From positions 151,578-215,577 of the forward strand of contig NIVC01001989.1 in the NCBI GenBank assembly GCA_002269645.1: a stretch of 64,000 bases of DNA, written 5' to 3'. The DNA comes from Macrostomum lignano (taxonomy: Eukaryota). The notes under the pieces are model-generated. The model did no database searches. It was not told the origin of the DNA and saw only the letters and a program-made list of their open reading frames with translations. The stretch's first letter is position 1; every line of letters starts with the position of its first letter. The position numbers and the translations under genes were made by a program. Positions 35,601 to 46,862 of this stretch are shown in pieces.

Positions 35601-37662
35601 GATGGAACCCTGTGGAATGGGACCTGGAGATGGAACCCTGTGGAATGGGATCGGGATGGGACCTGTGGAATGGGATCGGGATGGGACCTGTGGAATGGGA
35701 TCGGGATGGGACCTGTGGAATGGGATCGGGATGGGACCTGTGGAATGGGATCGGGATGGGACCTGTGGAATGGGATCGGGATGGGACCTGTGGAATGGGA
35801 TCGGGATGGGACCTGTGGAATGGGATCGGGATGGGACCTGTGGAATGGGACCTGTGGAATGGGACCTGTGGAATGGGACCTGTGGAATGGGACCGGGATG
35901 GGACCTGTGGAATGGGACCTGGAGATGGAACCCTGTGGAATGGGACCTGGAGATGGAACCCTGTGGAATGGGATCGGGATGGGACCTGTGGAATGGGACC
36001 GGGAGGGGACCTGTGGAATGGGACCTGGAGATGGAACCCTGTGGAATGGGACCTGGAGATGGAACCCTGTGGAATGGGATCGGGATGGGACCTGTGGAAT
36101 GGGACCGGGAGGGGACCTGTGGAATGGGACCTGGAGATGGAACCCTGTGGAATGGGACCTGGAGATGGAACCCTGTGGAATGGGATCGGGATGGGACCTG
36201 TGGAATGGGACCGGGATGGGACCTGTGGAATGGGACCGGGATTTGACCTGTGAAATGGGATCGGGATGGGACCTGTGGAATGGGATCGGGATGGGACCTG
36301 TGGAATGGGATCGGGATGGGACCTGTGGAATGGGATCGGGATGGGACCTGTGGAATGGGACCTGTGGAATGGGACCGGGATGGGACCTGTGGAATGGGAC
36401 CGGGATTGGTCCTCTTGAGTGTATATCACACAAACGCTAGGTCAGCATTCCGAGCGTGAACTCCCAAAACTAAAGTGGCGCGTGAGATTAGTTCAGAAAA
36501 GGGAGAATTTTCCCAATATTAGGAAGTGAATTTTTTTGCTAATAGCACGAAGGCTCAATTCGATGGACAGCAGCTGACCTTTGGGCACACCGGGCCGCAC
36601 ACGAGTCCGCACTTCACCTGCTGGCGCAGCGGTCCAGAAGGCCGGGCAGCGGCGGTACGGCCGCAAGTAGAAAATTTGTCCACAGCCACAGTGGCTTTGC
36701 AGGAGCCTGACACGGGCTTTAACTGGATTGATCCCGACTGCTCATCGCTGATTAGCACCTCCAAGTTGCTTGCTCTCACCGGAGCTGCTTGTTAGGGGAT
36801 ATGAGATTGGAGCGAAATTATAGCAGCAGACCGGAGAGAAAACATCTTGGATTTCCAGGCTAATCTGACTTGACACTATATACGAGTAGCTACCCTGACC
36901 CAACACCACCCTGACAACCAACCCCTGACCCAGAACAAACCGTCAGGCTGGGCGTGAACCGTCACGGACTGAAGATGAACAGCTCTGGACAGACGGAGCA
37001 GCAGCCATTGGTACCCGAATTCGTCCGGCGCGTTGCCCGAACGGAACGACACGGTGGTCGTGTCGGCCACGGCTCGAACCGAGGCGCTGTAGCATCGCTC
37101 CTCAAATGTGGACGACTGCCAGGCTTCGATCATGTTCAGATTTGAGTGACTGGCACCGGCGCCTGTGCAGGATATTGACGGCGCAGAAAAGAAATGTAAT
37201 ACTCGTATATATGCTGCCGTATATATTTAGATAAGCCAATTTTAAGATACTATTGATTTTACGCTTTTTAGGGTGAAGTAGCCACCCATGAATCACTGGA
37301 TATGGATACAGTACGGAGTTAAGCTTGTGTTCAGAGGGAGATTTGTGCGGATTTTACGACGTAGGCCAGGACATGTGGAGCTCGCAGCAACATCGATCAA
37401 CTTCTAATCAAAGATGAGATATTGCCACTTAATTTGTGCTGCAGTTCATGTCACCAACACACAGCCAAATAAAATGGTACAAAAGTACATGTAGTCCATT
37501 TCTAGCTACTTAATATAACTAGCGATCCCTATTATGGATCAAGAAATGCAACCTACCGTTGAATAGCTGCACCAGCTGGATGCCAATAACTGCTAGCACT
37601 TGTGCAATGGCAATTAAACAGTTAAGAGAAATGCAAACCTGCGACCAAGATCTCGGCTGCAT
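26663..37662 (-). CDS. Type I membrane receptor: signal peptide + F-type-lectin/discoidin-like domain + three Ig-like domains + TM + tyrosine-repeat tail (about 750 aa, 10 exons)
   Basis: Hand-built exons: 37662-37557 (MQPRSW...LIAIAQVLAVIGIQL, phase 1); 37162-36941 (NLNMIEAWQSST...QWLLLRLSRAVHLQSVTV); ~36787-36579; 33839-33694; 31686-31557 (YLLTINGRF..QLDCSFRC); 30470-~30300; 30103-29950 (SSTFSLRV..GGSISCAY); 29785-29613; 27854-27719 (SSTFSLIV..ASVHCLV); 27480-26663 (TM FLTSFILGSLLVFSGLCVSF + tail). All have GT-AG boundaries with matching phases, except that the exon 3/4 phase and the exon 6 donor are uncertain. Confidence 0.75.
26690..27175 (-). repeat. Coding 60-bp VNTR, 8 copies, encoding GVVEDEYDLLASASTPATHV
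   Basis: Frame-preserving 60-bp period inside the last exon; no stops in the coding frame. Confidence 0.95.
28150..29075 (+). mobile_element. Possible LTR-retrotransposon relic (LTR-like segment plus tRNA-Leu primer-binding site) in the receptor intron
   Basis: TGGTGGCAGCGGTGGGATTC (29049-29068) is the reverse complement of the 3' 20 nt of eukaryotic tRNA-Leu(AAG) including CCA. A 10-nt partial copy lies at ~28930 and TATAAATA at ~28627. No second LTR or gag ORF was found. Confidence 0.4.
29124..29575. repeat. 33-bp minisatellite (ACTGTCGGACCTGAGGAAGGGTAGCTGTGGTGC) with alternating 66-bp variants
   Basis: Direct reading; intronic in the receptor gene. Confidence 0.95.
30718..31163. mobile_element. 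MITE-like element with imperfect terminal inverted repeats
   Basis: Left GGGTCCACGAGATTTGCCC...TTTGCCCGCAATGCTTTTTTCCTGCAGCGCATTT versus right AAATGCGCCGCAAGAAAAAAAGCATTTCGGGCAAAT...TTCTCGTGCTCCC. Same right terminus as 9846-10075. Confidence 0.6.
31236..31452. repeat. Inverted short array of the same 33-bp minisatellite as 29124-29575
   Basis: CCTCAGGTCCGACAGTGCACCACAGCTACCCTT is the reverse complement of the 29.1-kb unit. Confidence 0.9.
31925..33555. repeat. 15-bp minisatellite (CAAGCAAACATCCTG), more than 100 copies, intronic
   Basis: Direct reading; the 500+ aa ORFs here are repeat translations. Confidence 0.97.
33955..34115. repeat. 25-bp tandem repeat (CTCTCACTCGGTGCCATTCCCTCTT) x6
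   Basis: Direct reading. Confidence 0.92.
34328..36404. repeat. Mosaic GGAAT-containing minisatellite of 25-bp (TGGAATGGGATCGGGATGGGACCTG), 28-bp (TGGAATGGGACCTGGAGATGGAACCCTG) and 14-bp units
   Basis: Direct reading; intronic. The 600-700 aa ORFs in five frames are artefacts. Confidence 0.97.
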
Positions 37663-38589
37663 CACAATAGCGCTTAACAGAATAGCTTCGACGACTTTAG
37701 GCCCTAACGCTCACGGCTAGAAGATACGGGTAATAAATAACGTTTCTATCAGAATTTAACTTGTGTTTAACAAACATTTTCTGCACCCCGATACTGTACC
37801 AACAGCATGGTCAGCTGACTTATGCAACCAAACAGATGCGCCGGTGTGCAAGCGGCAGAAAGAGAACTTTCAAGTCAGCCCACAGGCTTGCAGATTGTAT
37901 AAGATAATCAAGCTGGTAGCAATTGCTTCAGCTGTGCATGCCTGGCGTGTGAAAGTGGCCAAGACAAGATTTACTCATGGTTTATAGTTTATCACTAGGA
38001 GCCGAAAACGCACTTCGAAGATAGTAAAGCTATCAGTAACACGGCACTTTAGCCAGTCTGTGTTCGAGGCAGAAAAAGTTAAACTACCCACATCGATTAC
38101 AATTATATTTACCAAGGCAAAATCATCAACTGTAAGCCATTCTTAAATCTTATAGATTACTATATACTTTCGACTAGGACTCTAGAAATAGAGATAATTT
38201 GCAAGAGAATATTGTTATTCAAGTATTTAAAAAATCTATAAACAGGATACCTGCTGGCTCGTCAGATCAGGCCTAAATATCAAGCTCATACGATACTCTG
38301 TATGGATAGAATCAATTATCAACAGTGATTTCCACTGAGCTAAGGGTGGTCTGGCCATACCAAGAAGCGAACGCAGAAATGAATTCAGCTCAGGTCAGGT
38401 TGTCATTAATTAACCGTAGGGAATCGTATATATTGAATAAAGTTATTAATACAGCAATTAAATAACCCTACTATTGTTAGCGAATGCTTAATAATTTAAT
38501 TAGAGTGAAGCTCTGTTCTCGGGACGCTAAAACTGGATCCAGTCACGTGATTGGACACCGCACGAATAGAAATCACGAAATATAACGAG

Positions 38590-39230
38590 ATTGGAAACCA
38601 CGAGACTCGAAATCGAAAGATTGGATACCACGTGACTGAAAATCATGCGGTTGGAAATCACCCGATTGGATATCACGTGACTTACCCGATTGGAAATCAC
38701 GTGACTGGAAATTACCCGATTGGAAATCACGTAACTGTAAACTACCAGATTAGAAGCCACGTGACTGGAAATTACTCGATTGGAAATCACCCGATGGGAT
38801 ATCACGTGACTGGAAATTACCCAATTAGAAGTCACGTGCCTGGAAATTACCCAATTAGAAGTCATGTGACTGTAAACTACCCAATTAGAAGTCACGTGAC
38901 TGGAAATTACCCAATTAGAAGTCACGTGCCTGGAAATTACCCAATTAGAAGTCATGTGACTGGAAATTACCCAATTAGAAGTCACGTGCCTGGAAATTAC
39001 CCAATTAGAAGTCATGTGACTGGAAATTACCCAATTAGAAGTCAAGTGACTGGAAATTACCCAATTAGAAGTCATGTGACTGGAAATTACCCAATTAGAA
39101 GTCAAGTGACTGGAAATTACCCAATTAGAAGTCATGTGACTGGAAATTACCCAATTAGAAGTCAAGTGACTGGAAATTACCCAATTAGAAGTCACGTGAC
39201 TGGAAATCACCCGATTAGAAATCACCCGTT
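38590..39230. repeat. 30-bp minisatellite (GGAAATTACCCAATTAGAAGTCAYGTGACT) with an E-box variant in almost every unit
   Basis: Direct reading; exact 30-bp period from 38801 to 39200. Confidence 0.93.
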
Positions 39231-39909
39231 AGGACTAATCTGATTGAAAATATCACTAGAATTCCAATCACACGTTCGCTGCTAAAAATGACAACACATT
39301 TTAAATTTCGCACAAGCCCAGCGCACCATTCAGATTTCCCACCCCCCTAACCTAACACAGATAACTACTGACTAAACCAGCTAGGCATTGTTCCAGAAAC
39401 CTCCGATTCCAAACCATACGCGCAAACATTGTAATAATCGAAATTTGATAAACACAGGGATAATCAACTAACCAATAAAGATAACACACAAAAAAGCGAT
39501 AAACTGAATGGACAGTTGAGCGCCACATCAATTAAAAATCATAGCCGAATCAACAGAGGTCAGCGAGGCCCATAGAGACAAAAACTTGTGCGCGAATGCA
39601 GAATTTGGTTGGCTCATTAACTTTGGCAACTTTGAGTCGGTCAAACATGAGCAAATCTATTCTCATTTATTATAATCAAAGCCTTACAAAGACTTACAAA
39701 GCAGATCAGTCACTTCCAACGAGGGCGGATTATAGAAATACTGTGTACGAATCGAATGAAAACTTATTGTAAAAATGAAAAAGCTTTAATAGGCTTTCAG
39801 TAGTTTGAATTTTCCATATTTTTATCACGAAAGCTAGTCGCAAACTGCTACAATTAGTAATTTGAAGGAGCATGTTTATTAGATCGGCTTTGTTAACTAG
39901 ATGGGTGTT

Positions 39910-40642
39910 CTGGTGGGTTCATTTTGCAGGTTGAAGAGTTCCGGTGGGTTCATTTTGCAGGTTGGGGAGTTCCGGTGGGTTCATTTTGCAGGTTGAAGAG
40001 TTCCGGTGGGTTCATTTTGCAGGTTGAAGAGTTCCGGTGGGTTCATTTTGCAGGTTGAAGAGTTCCGGTGGGTTCATTTTGCAGGTTGAAGAGTTCCGGT
40101 GGGTTCATTTTGCAGGTTGAAGAGTTCCGGTGGGTTCATTTTGCAGGTTGAAGAGTTCCGGTGGGTTCATTTTGCAGGTTGAAGAGTTCCGGTGGGTTCA
40201 TTTTGCAGGTTGAAGAGTTCCGGTGGGTTCATTTTGCAGGTTGAAGAGTTCCGGTGGGTTCATTTTGCAGGTTGAAGAGTTCCGGTGGGTTCATTTTGCA
40301 GGTTGAAGAGTTCCGGTGGGTTTATTTTGCAGGTTGAAGAGTTCCGGTGGGTTCATTTTGCAGGTTGAAGAGTTCCGGTGGGTTCATTTTGCAGGTTGAA
40401 GAGTTCCGGTGGGTTCATTTTGCAGGTTGAAGAGTTCCGGTGGGTTTATTTTGCAGGTTGAAGTATTCCGGTGGGTTCATTTTGCAGGTTAGGGAGTTCC
40501 GGTGGGTTCATTTTGCAGGTTGAAGAGTTCCGGTGGGTTCATTTTGCAGGTTGAAGAGTTCCGGTGGGTTCATTTTGCAGGTTGGAGTATTCCGGTGGGT
40601 TCATTTTGCAGGTTGGAGTGTGCCGGTGGGTTCATTTTGCAG
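39910..40642. repeat. 31-bp minisatellite (GGTGGGTTCATTTTGCAGGTTGAAGAGTTCC), about 23 copies
   Basis: Direct reading; lies downstream of the MGAT1 stop. Confidence 0.96.
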
Positions 40643-40999
40643 GGTGTCTCGATGATTAATTCTACAATGTTTAAGCTGACTAACTTTTTAAATTAAAAAT
40701 ATAAACAGATTTTATATCCTATTTTAATGAACCAGTATATCAGCTTAAAGCCTACCGTTAGCATGCACAAAGCACAGCTGAAAGTCAATGAACTAACATA
40801 GCGCATTATGAGTTTAAAAGCATCAAACGCAGTATTCGCTAAGAGAAATGGAAAATAAGAAATCAGTAATAACTGCGAGAGATCAGAAATAGGCAATTTT
40901 TTAAAACACTAATTTCATAGCCGGTTACAGACACTCGGATAATAAAGGCAAGCCAATGAGATTAATTGAGGCAAATCTAAAAAACAACAAAGCAATCAA

Positions 41000-43900
41000 T
41001 CACTTCCAAGTGACATCGTAGCCTTTCCACGGCCGGCCGGGCGCCAGGTGGATCCGGCGGCCGGATTTGAACACGGGCACAACGCCGCTATAGGCGCAGC
41101 GGGCCACGCCGTCTTTGAAGTCCGGCATGATGTCCAGCCGCTTGGCCATGGCAACGAACTCTTTTGGCCCGTTGTACTGGACACGAACCTCGGCTGGCGC
41201 GCCGGATCCGACTCCCAGAGCAATGTCCAGCGTCACCGATGGCAGTTTGTACACCCGGTCCAGGTAATAGGAATCGTAATTAGATTTCAACAGGTAGCTC
41301 AGATCCATAGCAGCGTAGTTAACCGGCCGTTTGCTCAGCTCAATGAAGCGCAGGTATTTATCAAAATACAGGCCGTTGCTGACTCCCACCCGGCCGAATG
41401 TGTAGCTGCGGGACACCTCGGGGCGGAGGCAGGCTCGGCCGCGCCGGACGCCGGCCTTGCGCATGTGATCGTCCCAGTAGGCAGCCGGCCAGCCTGTCCG
41501 CAACTCCAGCCAGGTTGGCCGGAGCAGCATCCAGCCCAGGCCGGGGAAGAAGTCGGTCCGGTAGAACAGGTCGGATCGGGCCGTGTCGATCAGGTTGGAC
41601 TTGCCGTTGTCGTTCCAGGCCGACACGCACCACACGGTGGGGTCCTGGGCCATCACGCGGCCCAGATGGATAAAATAGTCGAAAAAGTCTGGCGCTATGT
41701 CCAAATCGTCTTCGACAACAATAGCGGCTGTGTAGTTCATTGTAAGGAATACCTTGATTGGGGAACAGTGAAAGTCATTTAACATAGTTGCTAGGCAATT
41801 AGCATCTGCTATAACTACGAAGGTAGGATTCTAACCTATATTTTGTGCGTCAGAGTGCCAATATAATTGATGCGTCACATGACTCATACCAATGCATTGC
41901 ATAACGATTCTGTGATTGGAATTTACGAATTTGAGCTTAAACAGACTTTTATAAATGCTGTTATGTTTTAAAAATTTAAAGTTTATTAATCTGCTAAAAA
42001 AATTAAACTACTACCTTTAATTATAATTCTACCACTATTCAGCCGCGTTGCGTACTAACCGCTACCAACTATGCTTAACTCACAGCGTTGGCGGATAATA
42101 CGCTAACCCACTTAGCTAAGGGGTTCCAATATACTGGTCCATTACATTCGACTGCCTGACCCTACTTAACCTAAACCTAAATCATGGCAAGTCAAATGGA
42201 TGGCGGTCAGCTACGCAAAGACAAACAAGAAAATGTATTGTTCTCACTTGATCAAACGCCCATCGAAAGTGCCTGGATATGTAATAATAACCAACAAGAG
42301 CTCTCTCCTTGGCCGGCACACTGATTGGGCTCAGGTCTGGCTGGCGAATGTGCACCAGCTTGTTACCGTAGGACTGAATAACGCTAGCCGTTTCAGCGTG
42401 CCCGCAGTCCTGTGACACTATAACGTGAAACTGGTGCGGCCCGGAGGTCGGCATGTACTTGAATATCTGGTCCAGGCTTCTGCGCACAGTTGGCCGATTG
42501 CAGGCGATCACCAGCACGGCGATGCTGGCTGGCAGGCTGTCCGCTGGGCTCAGCGTGGCCATCACCGGCCTGGGCGAAGTCGGCTCACCGATGCCACCGG
42601 CTACAAGATTAACAGAGAAATGTACGTAGAAGGTGAAACCCGATGAAAACGGTGCCTAGACAAAGAAGCGTCCCAGATTCGTTGCAGGTAGCACAGGTAA
42701 AATAGGAAAGAAGTGACTCTGGACGACTCTAAAAGTCGTTCTAAGAGTCAATTTGAGGCGCTGTATTTTCTGCGACTCTAAAACTCTGGGGCTGTAGACT
42801 TGTATCTGAGGCGTGATAGAGTCGCTGTAGAATCACATTTTGCATTTATAACAACTCCATTTAGTCTAATTGAGTTAGTAGAAAGTTGAGCGCTAACACG
42901 ACTCTTGGACGACTTTGCGACTCTTTTACGATTCTGCAACTCACGTGATGCTCTCGTGAATAATTAAGGCATTAAGCCATAGTAAAATAACTACGGCCAA
43001 CTCAGCATTTTTTGTGTAAGCTACTTTCAGTAGTGAGCTTAAAAAGAAGCATTTTAACGTATTTTAGGACAGGACTCATTTTTTGGTCCTCTGACCCCCA
43101 TCTGAACCCCTTCACCCGCGTCTTTCGACACAGAATCTCTGCCCCAATTTTTATTGCCCTCCTCGGTGTTGCGGCCTAACGCTGGCATGTACATTCTCAG
43201 TGGCTTTGGCTTGGCTAATGTACATCACGGCTGCACCAATAGCCAGTTGTTTGCGTCTGCGAGTCACTCCAACTACCGGTCTTCATAAAATAGCTTACGC
43301 ATTCTTCCTCACTACTGAGCTGAAAGTAGAGAAACTTTTAAAAGGATTTAGCACTGCCAATGAGTGACTGTAAGGATTAGCACTGCCAATGAGTGACTGT
43401 AAGGATTAGCACTGCCAATGAGTGACTGTAAGGATTAGCACTGCCAATGAGTGACTGTAAGGATTAGCACTGCCAATGAGTGACTGCAAGGATTAGCACT
43501 GCCAATGAGTGACTGCAAGAATTAGCACTGCCAATGAGTGACTGTAAGGATTAGCACTGCCAATGAGTGACTGTAAGGATTAGCACTGCCAATGAGTGAC
43601 TGCAAGGATTAGCACTGCCAATGAGTGACTGCAAGAATTAGCACTGCCAATGAGTGACTGTAAGGATTAGCACTGCCAATGAGTGACTGTAAGGATTAGC
43701 ACTGCCAATGAGTGACTGTAAGGATTAGCACTGCCAATGAGTGACTGTAAGGATTAGCACTGCCAATGAGTGACTGTAAGGATTAGCACTGCCAATGAGT
43801 GACTGTAAGGATTAGCACTGCCAATGAGTGACTGTAAGGATTAGCACTGCCAATGAGTGACTGTAAGAATTAGCACTGCCAATGAGTGACTGTAAGGATT

Positions 43901-44716
43901 AGCACTGCCAATAAGTGACTGTAAGGATTAGCACTGCCAATGAGTGACTGCAAGGATTAGCACTGCCAATGAGTGACTGCAAGAATTAGCACTGCCAATG
44001 AGTGACTGTAAGGATTAGCACTGCCAATGAGTGACTGTAAGGATTAGCACTGCCAATGAGTGACTGCAAGGATTAGCACTGCCAATGAGTGACTGCAAGA
44101 ATTAGCACTGCCAATGAGTGACTGTAAGGATTAGCACTGCCAATGAGTGACTGTAAGGATTAGCACTGCCAATGAGTGACTGTAAGGATTAGCACTGCCA
44201 ATGAGTGACTGTAAGGATTAGCACTGCCAATGAGTGACTGCAAGGATTAGCACTGCCAATGAGTGACTGCAAGGATTAGCACTGCCAATGAGTGACTGTA
44301 AGGATTAGCACTGCTAATGAGTGACTGTAGGGATTAGCACTCCAATTAACAATCCAACAATGGCCGAGTGGTTTAGCACTTATAAACGAATGACTTCAGA
44401 AGCTCAAACTAAAAAAAAACAATGATAATTAATCACCTTTATTGCCCCCAATGCTGCTCTGAGCTCGCAATGCCTCAGCAAGCTGACGACTTTCCACTAG
44501 CAGCTGTTGCAGTTCCTTCTGTTGCTGCTCAACCCTATTGATGAACTCTGCTGCCAGAAATCTGCTATTGGGCGGCTGGCCAGCAGCATGGCTATCGGAC
44601 TCCGCTGCTGAAGGTGCCAAGCGTCGATTGAGCAGCAGAATGAAGGCCACCAGCCACAGCAGGAATGCAACAGAGAAAGCCAAGCGAGTCTTTGACCTGA
44701 CTGGCAGTAGCGCCAT
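41000..44716 (-). CDS. MGAT1: Alpha-1,3-mannosyl-glycoprotein 2-beta-N-acetylglucosaminyltransferase (GnT-I, GT13); 3 exons (44716-44437, 42600-42248, 41752-41000), about 461 aa
   Basis: N-terminal type II TM and coiled stem; motifs IAVLVIACNR, IVSQDCG, GYYYISRHFRW, VVEDDLDIAPDFF, WCVSAWNDNG, RTDFFPGLGWML, RACLRPEVSRS. Splice phases 1 and 0 are consistent. Confidence 0.95.
43048..43337 (+). repeat. Unclassified ~300-bp interspersed repeat, copy 2 (in MGAT1 intron 1)
   Basis: Aligns by eye with 25860-26160. Confidence 0.8.
43346..44343. repeat. 29-bp minisatellite (GATTAGCACTGCCAATGAGTGACTGTAAG), about 34 copies, in MGAT1 intron 1
   Basis: Direct reading. Confidence 0.97.
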
Positions 44717-46862
44717 GAGGCCTCTGTAGCTGTCTGGTGCTGCTGACTTTTTGGGTTAGTGCTATATAATTGGGACTACTGTAAGCAATTAGGGAAATGG
44801 CAATTGAAAATACACATTAGTATCAAACACCTTTTTGAGAGCTAGGCCTAACGTGATGTAAATAAGACTTTTTATTGGCCTATTTATTTCTTTATGATTA
44901 AAAGGTAATTTCTACCAAATTGACAATTGAAGGCACTGCACATACATTGAAGGCACTACACTAGTAACACATATTTTTACTAGTGTTCCATCATAAGGGG
45001 GGTCTATATGCCATAGCTATAGCTGTAAGCAAAACTTATGGCTTATTCCAATTCTCCATATTCCATAGCTATAGGGATCACAATATTATCATATTCACAT
45101 AATTCCCATAGCTGAAGCCATAGTTTTGATATAAATTCTAGGAAATGAAATGCCTTGAATCAGGAAGATAACATAGTACTTAAACAACTGCAAATTAAGG
45201 TAGAAACTTAAACAAACACTGTGACAGTGGAGTTAGTGGAAAATGTCTATGTATTTACTTTTATTTTTACTATCAGTAGACTACGTAAGTGTATCATATT
45301 TCATATGAATTGTGTACATTCATTGCAGTGGCTTTTATATGTTGGCAAGTGATGAATTTTTAAAAAATCAATAATTTTGCTCAGTGCCCATTGTGACTAT
45401 TAGCCAATCACAATTCACTGTATCATCTATCATTTTGATCTATTATATTAACTGATTGTTTTTCGTCACTACTCAAAAAATATAATAAACTTGGCTAACT
45501 AAGCAAGCAAAAATATATCAGTTTAATTGCATATTGGACTGCGCCACTACTTGCATTTTTCTGTTCTCTGTTTGGTCTTGTTCTGTCAAGGACTGCTATG
45601 TTGCGCTAGATTAAATTTGTCATACACTTAATAGCCTCTATAAGATTATATTTCCATCTATCTTGCAAAGAGTAACAATACTTAATCACTACTGAAAGTA
45701 TTGCTACTAAACTTTTTATATTAATAAAAGTTAGAATTTGGTAGGCCTAGTGTTTTATTGTATTTTATTCAGTATAATTTATAAGTTTTTTAATCTATAC
45801 TACAGTTTACCAAAGTATATTTTTTATTCTACCTATTTTTTAATTTATAACAACAGCTATAGCCTATAGGAAACTATAGAATATAACTGCAACTACTATA
45901 TTTCTACAGATATAGCAATAAGAGCAGCTATCTATATAAGCATTTCAATATATAGGCATTGCATGTTTATAGCCCATTCTGCCAACTTTTCTAAGTAGGC
46001 ATATATCATAGTCTATATAGGCATAGACATAGGCATATATCTATATATCATAGTATATAGATATGTAGCTATATATAAGATATAGGTATATATATATATA
46101 TATATATATATATGATCAACTGACCAAATAAGCATAAAATTTAAGGGATACATAGGCTTAAACAAAGTTTTCTAATTGCTTCCCATAGTTATTTTGTTAC
46201 CACAATTCTAATTTCTTTCTTCATTCTAGCCATAAACTATGCACTATACTTAAATTCTTAGGCTTACTTAATGAAGTAAGAGATTCTAGCTTTTGACTAA
46301 ATTGTTTGAAGTTTTAAATTTGTCCATTTGATTAAGTCTTTAATTTGAAAACTATTGTTATAAAAAGATATTAAAATTTTTACAAATAAGTATAAAGCCT
46401 AGGTTTTATTCAAAATTTTATAGAAGGCACTGCATTTGGGGCAAGGATATTTTTTTAGAAATATTTAATTTGGCAAATGACCACGACTGCCACAGTGCCA
46501 TATGCATATACCAAGACTGCCACAGCTATTACTGGTTCCGGTATTGAGGGGGAGCTACCAATCTTCTAGTAGGGGGCCTATTCATTGCTATTCCTTTCAT
46601 AAATCATAGGTTTCTCTCTTTCAGCTTTGTCCTACTAGCTCTCTTACATACTTATCTCCTCTCTAGCACCATCTAATAACACATTGAGTCAAATTCCTCC
46701 CCTAGCTCCCCCAAGTATGGTGGTCTTAGTGTGTGGTATTCTTGTCCTATACCTTTAATTTGACCAAGTTTCCAGGTATCCTATGAGAGTGTTGGAAGAT
46801 GTGCCTGAAAACGTGTTGCAGTGTTGATGAAAGTTATACAGGTCCTAGACATTAGACTTACT

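Noticed and set aside
31802-36440. Long ORFs of 550-710 aa in several frames
   Set aside because: They are translations of 15-bp and 25/28-bp minisatellites, open in many frames on both strands, and lie inside introns of the receptor gene.
38800-39200. GGGTAATTTCC (minus strand) as NF-kB/Dorsal sites
   Set aside because: The spacing does not fit the 10-bp kB consensus well; the E-box interpretation is better supported.
44360-44380. TGGCCGAGTGG, a perfect Pol III A box
   Set aside because: No B box or tRNA structure downstream; an isolated motif in the MGAT1 intron.
46820-46860. SVDESYTGPR resembling the first catalytic Asp motif of Merlin transposase
   Set aside because: It lies outside the TIR/TSD-defined element and is followed by a stop; probably chance.
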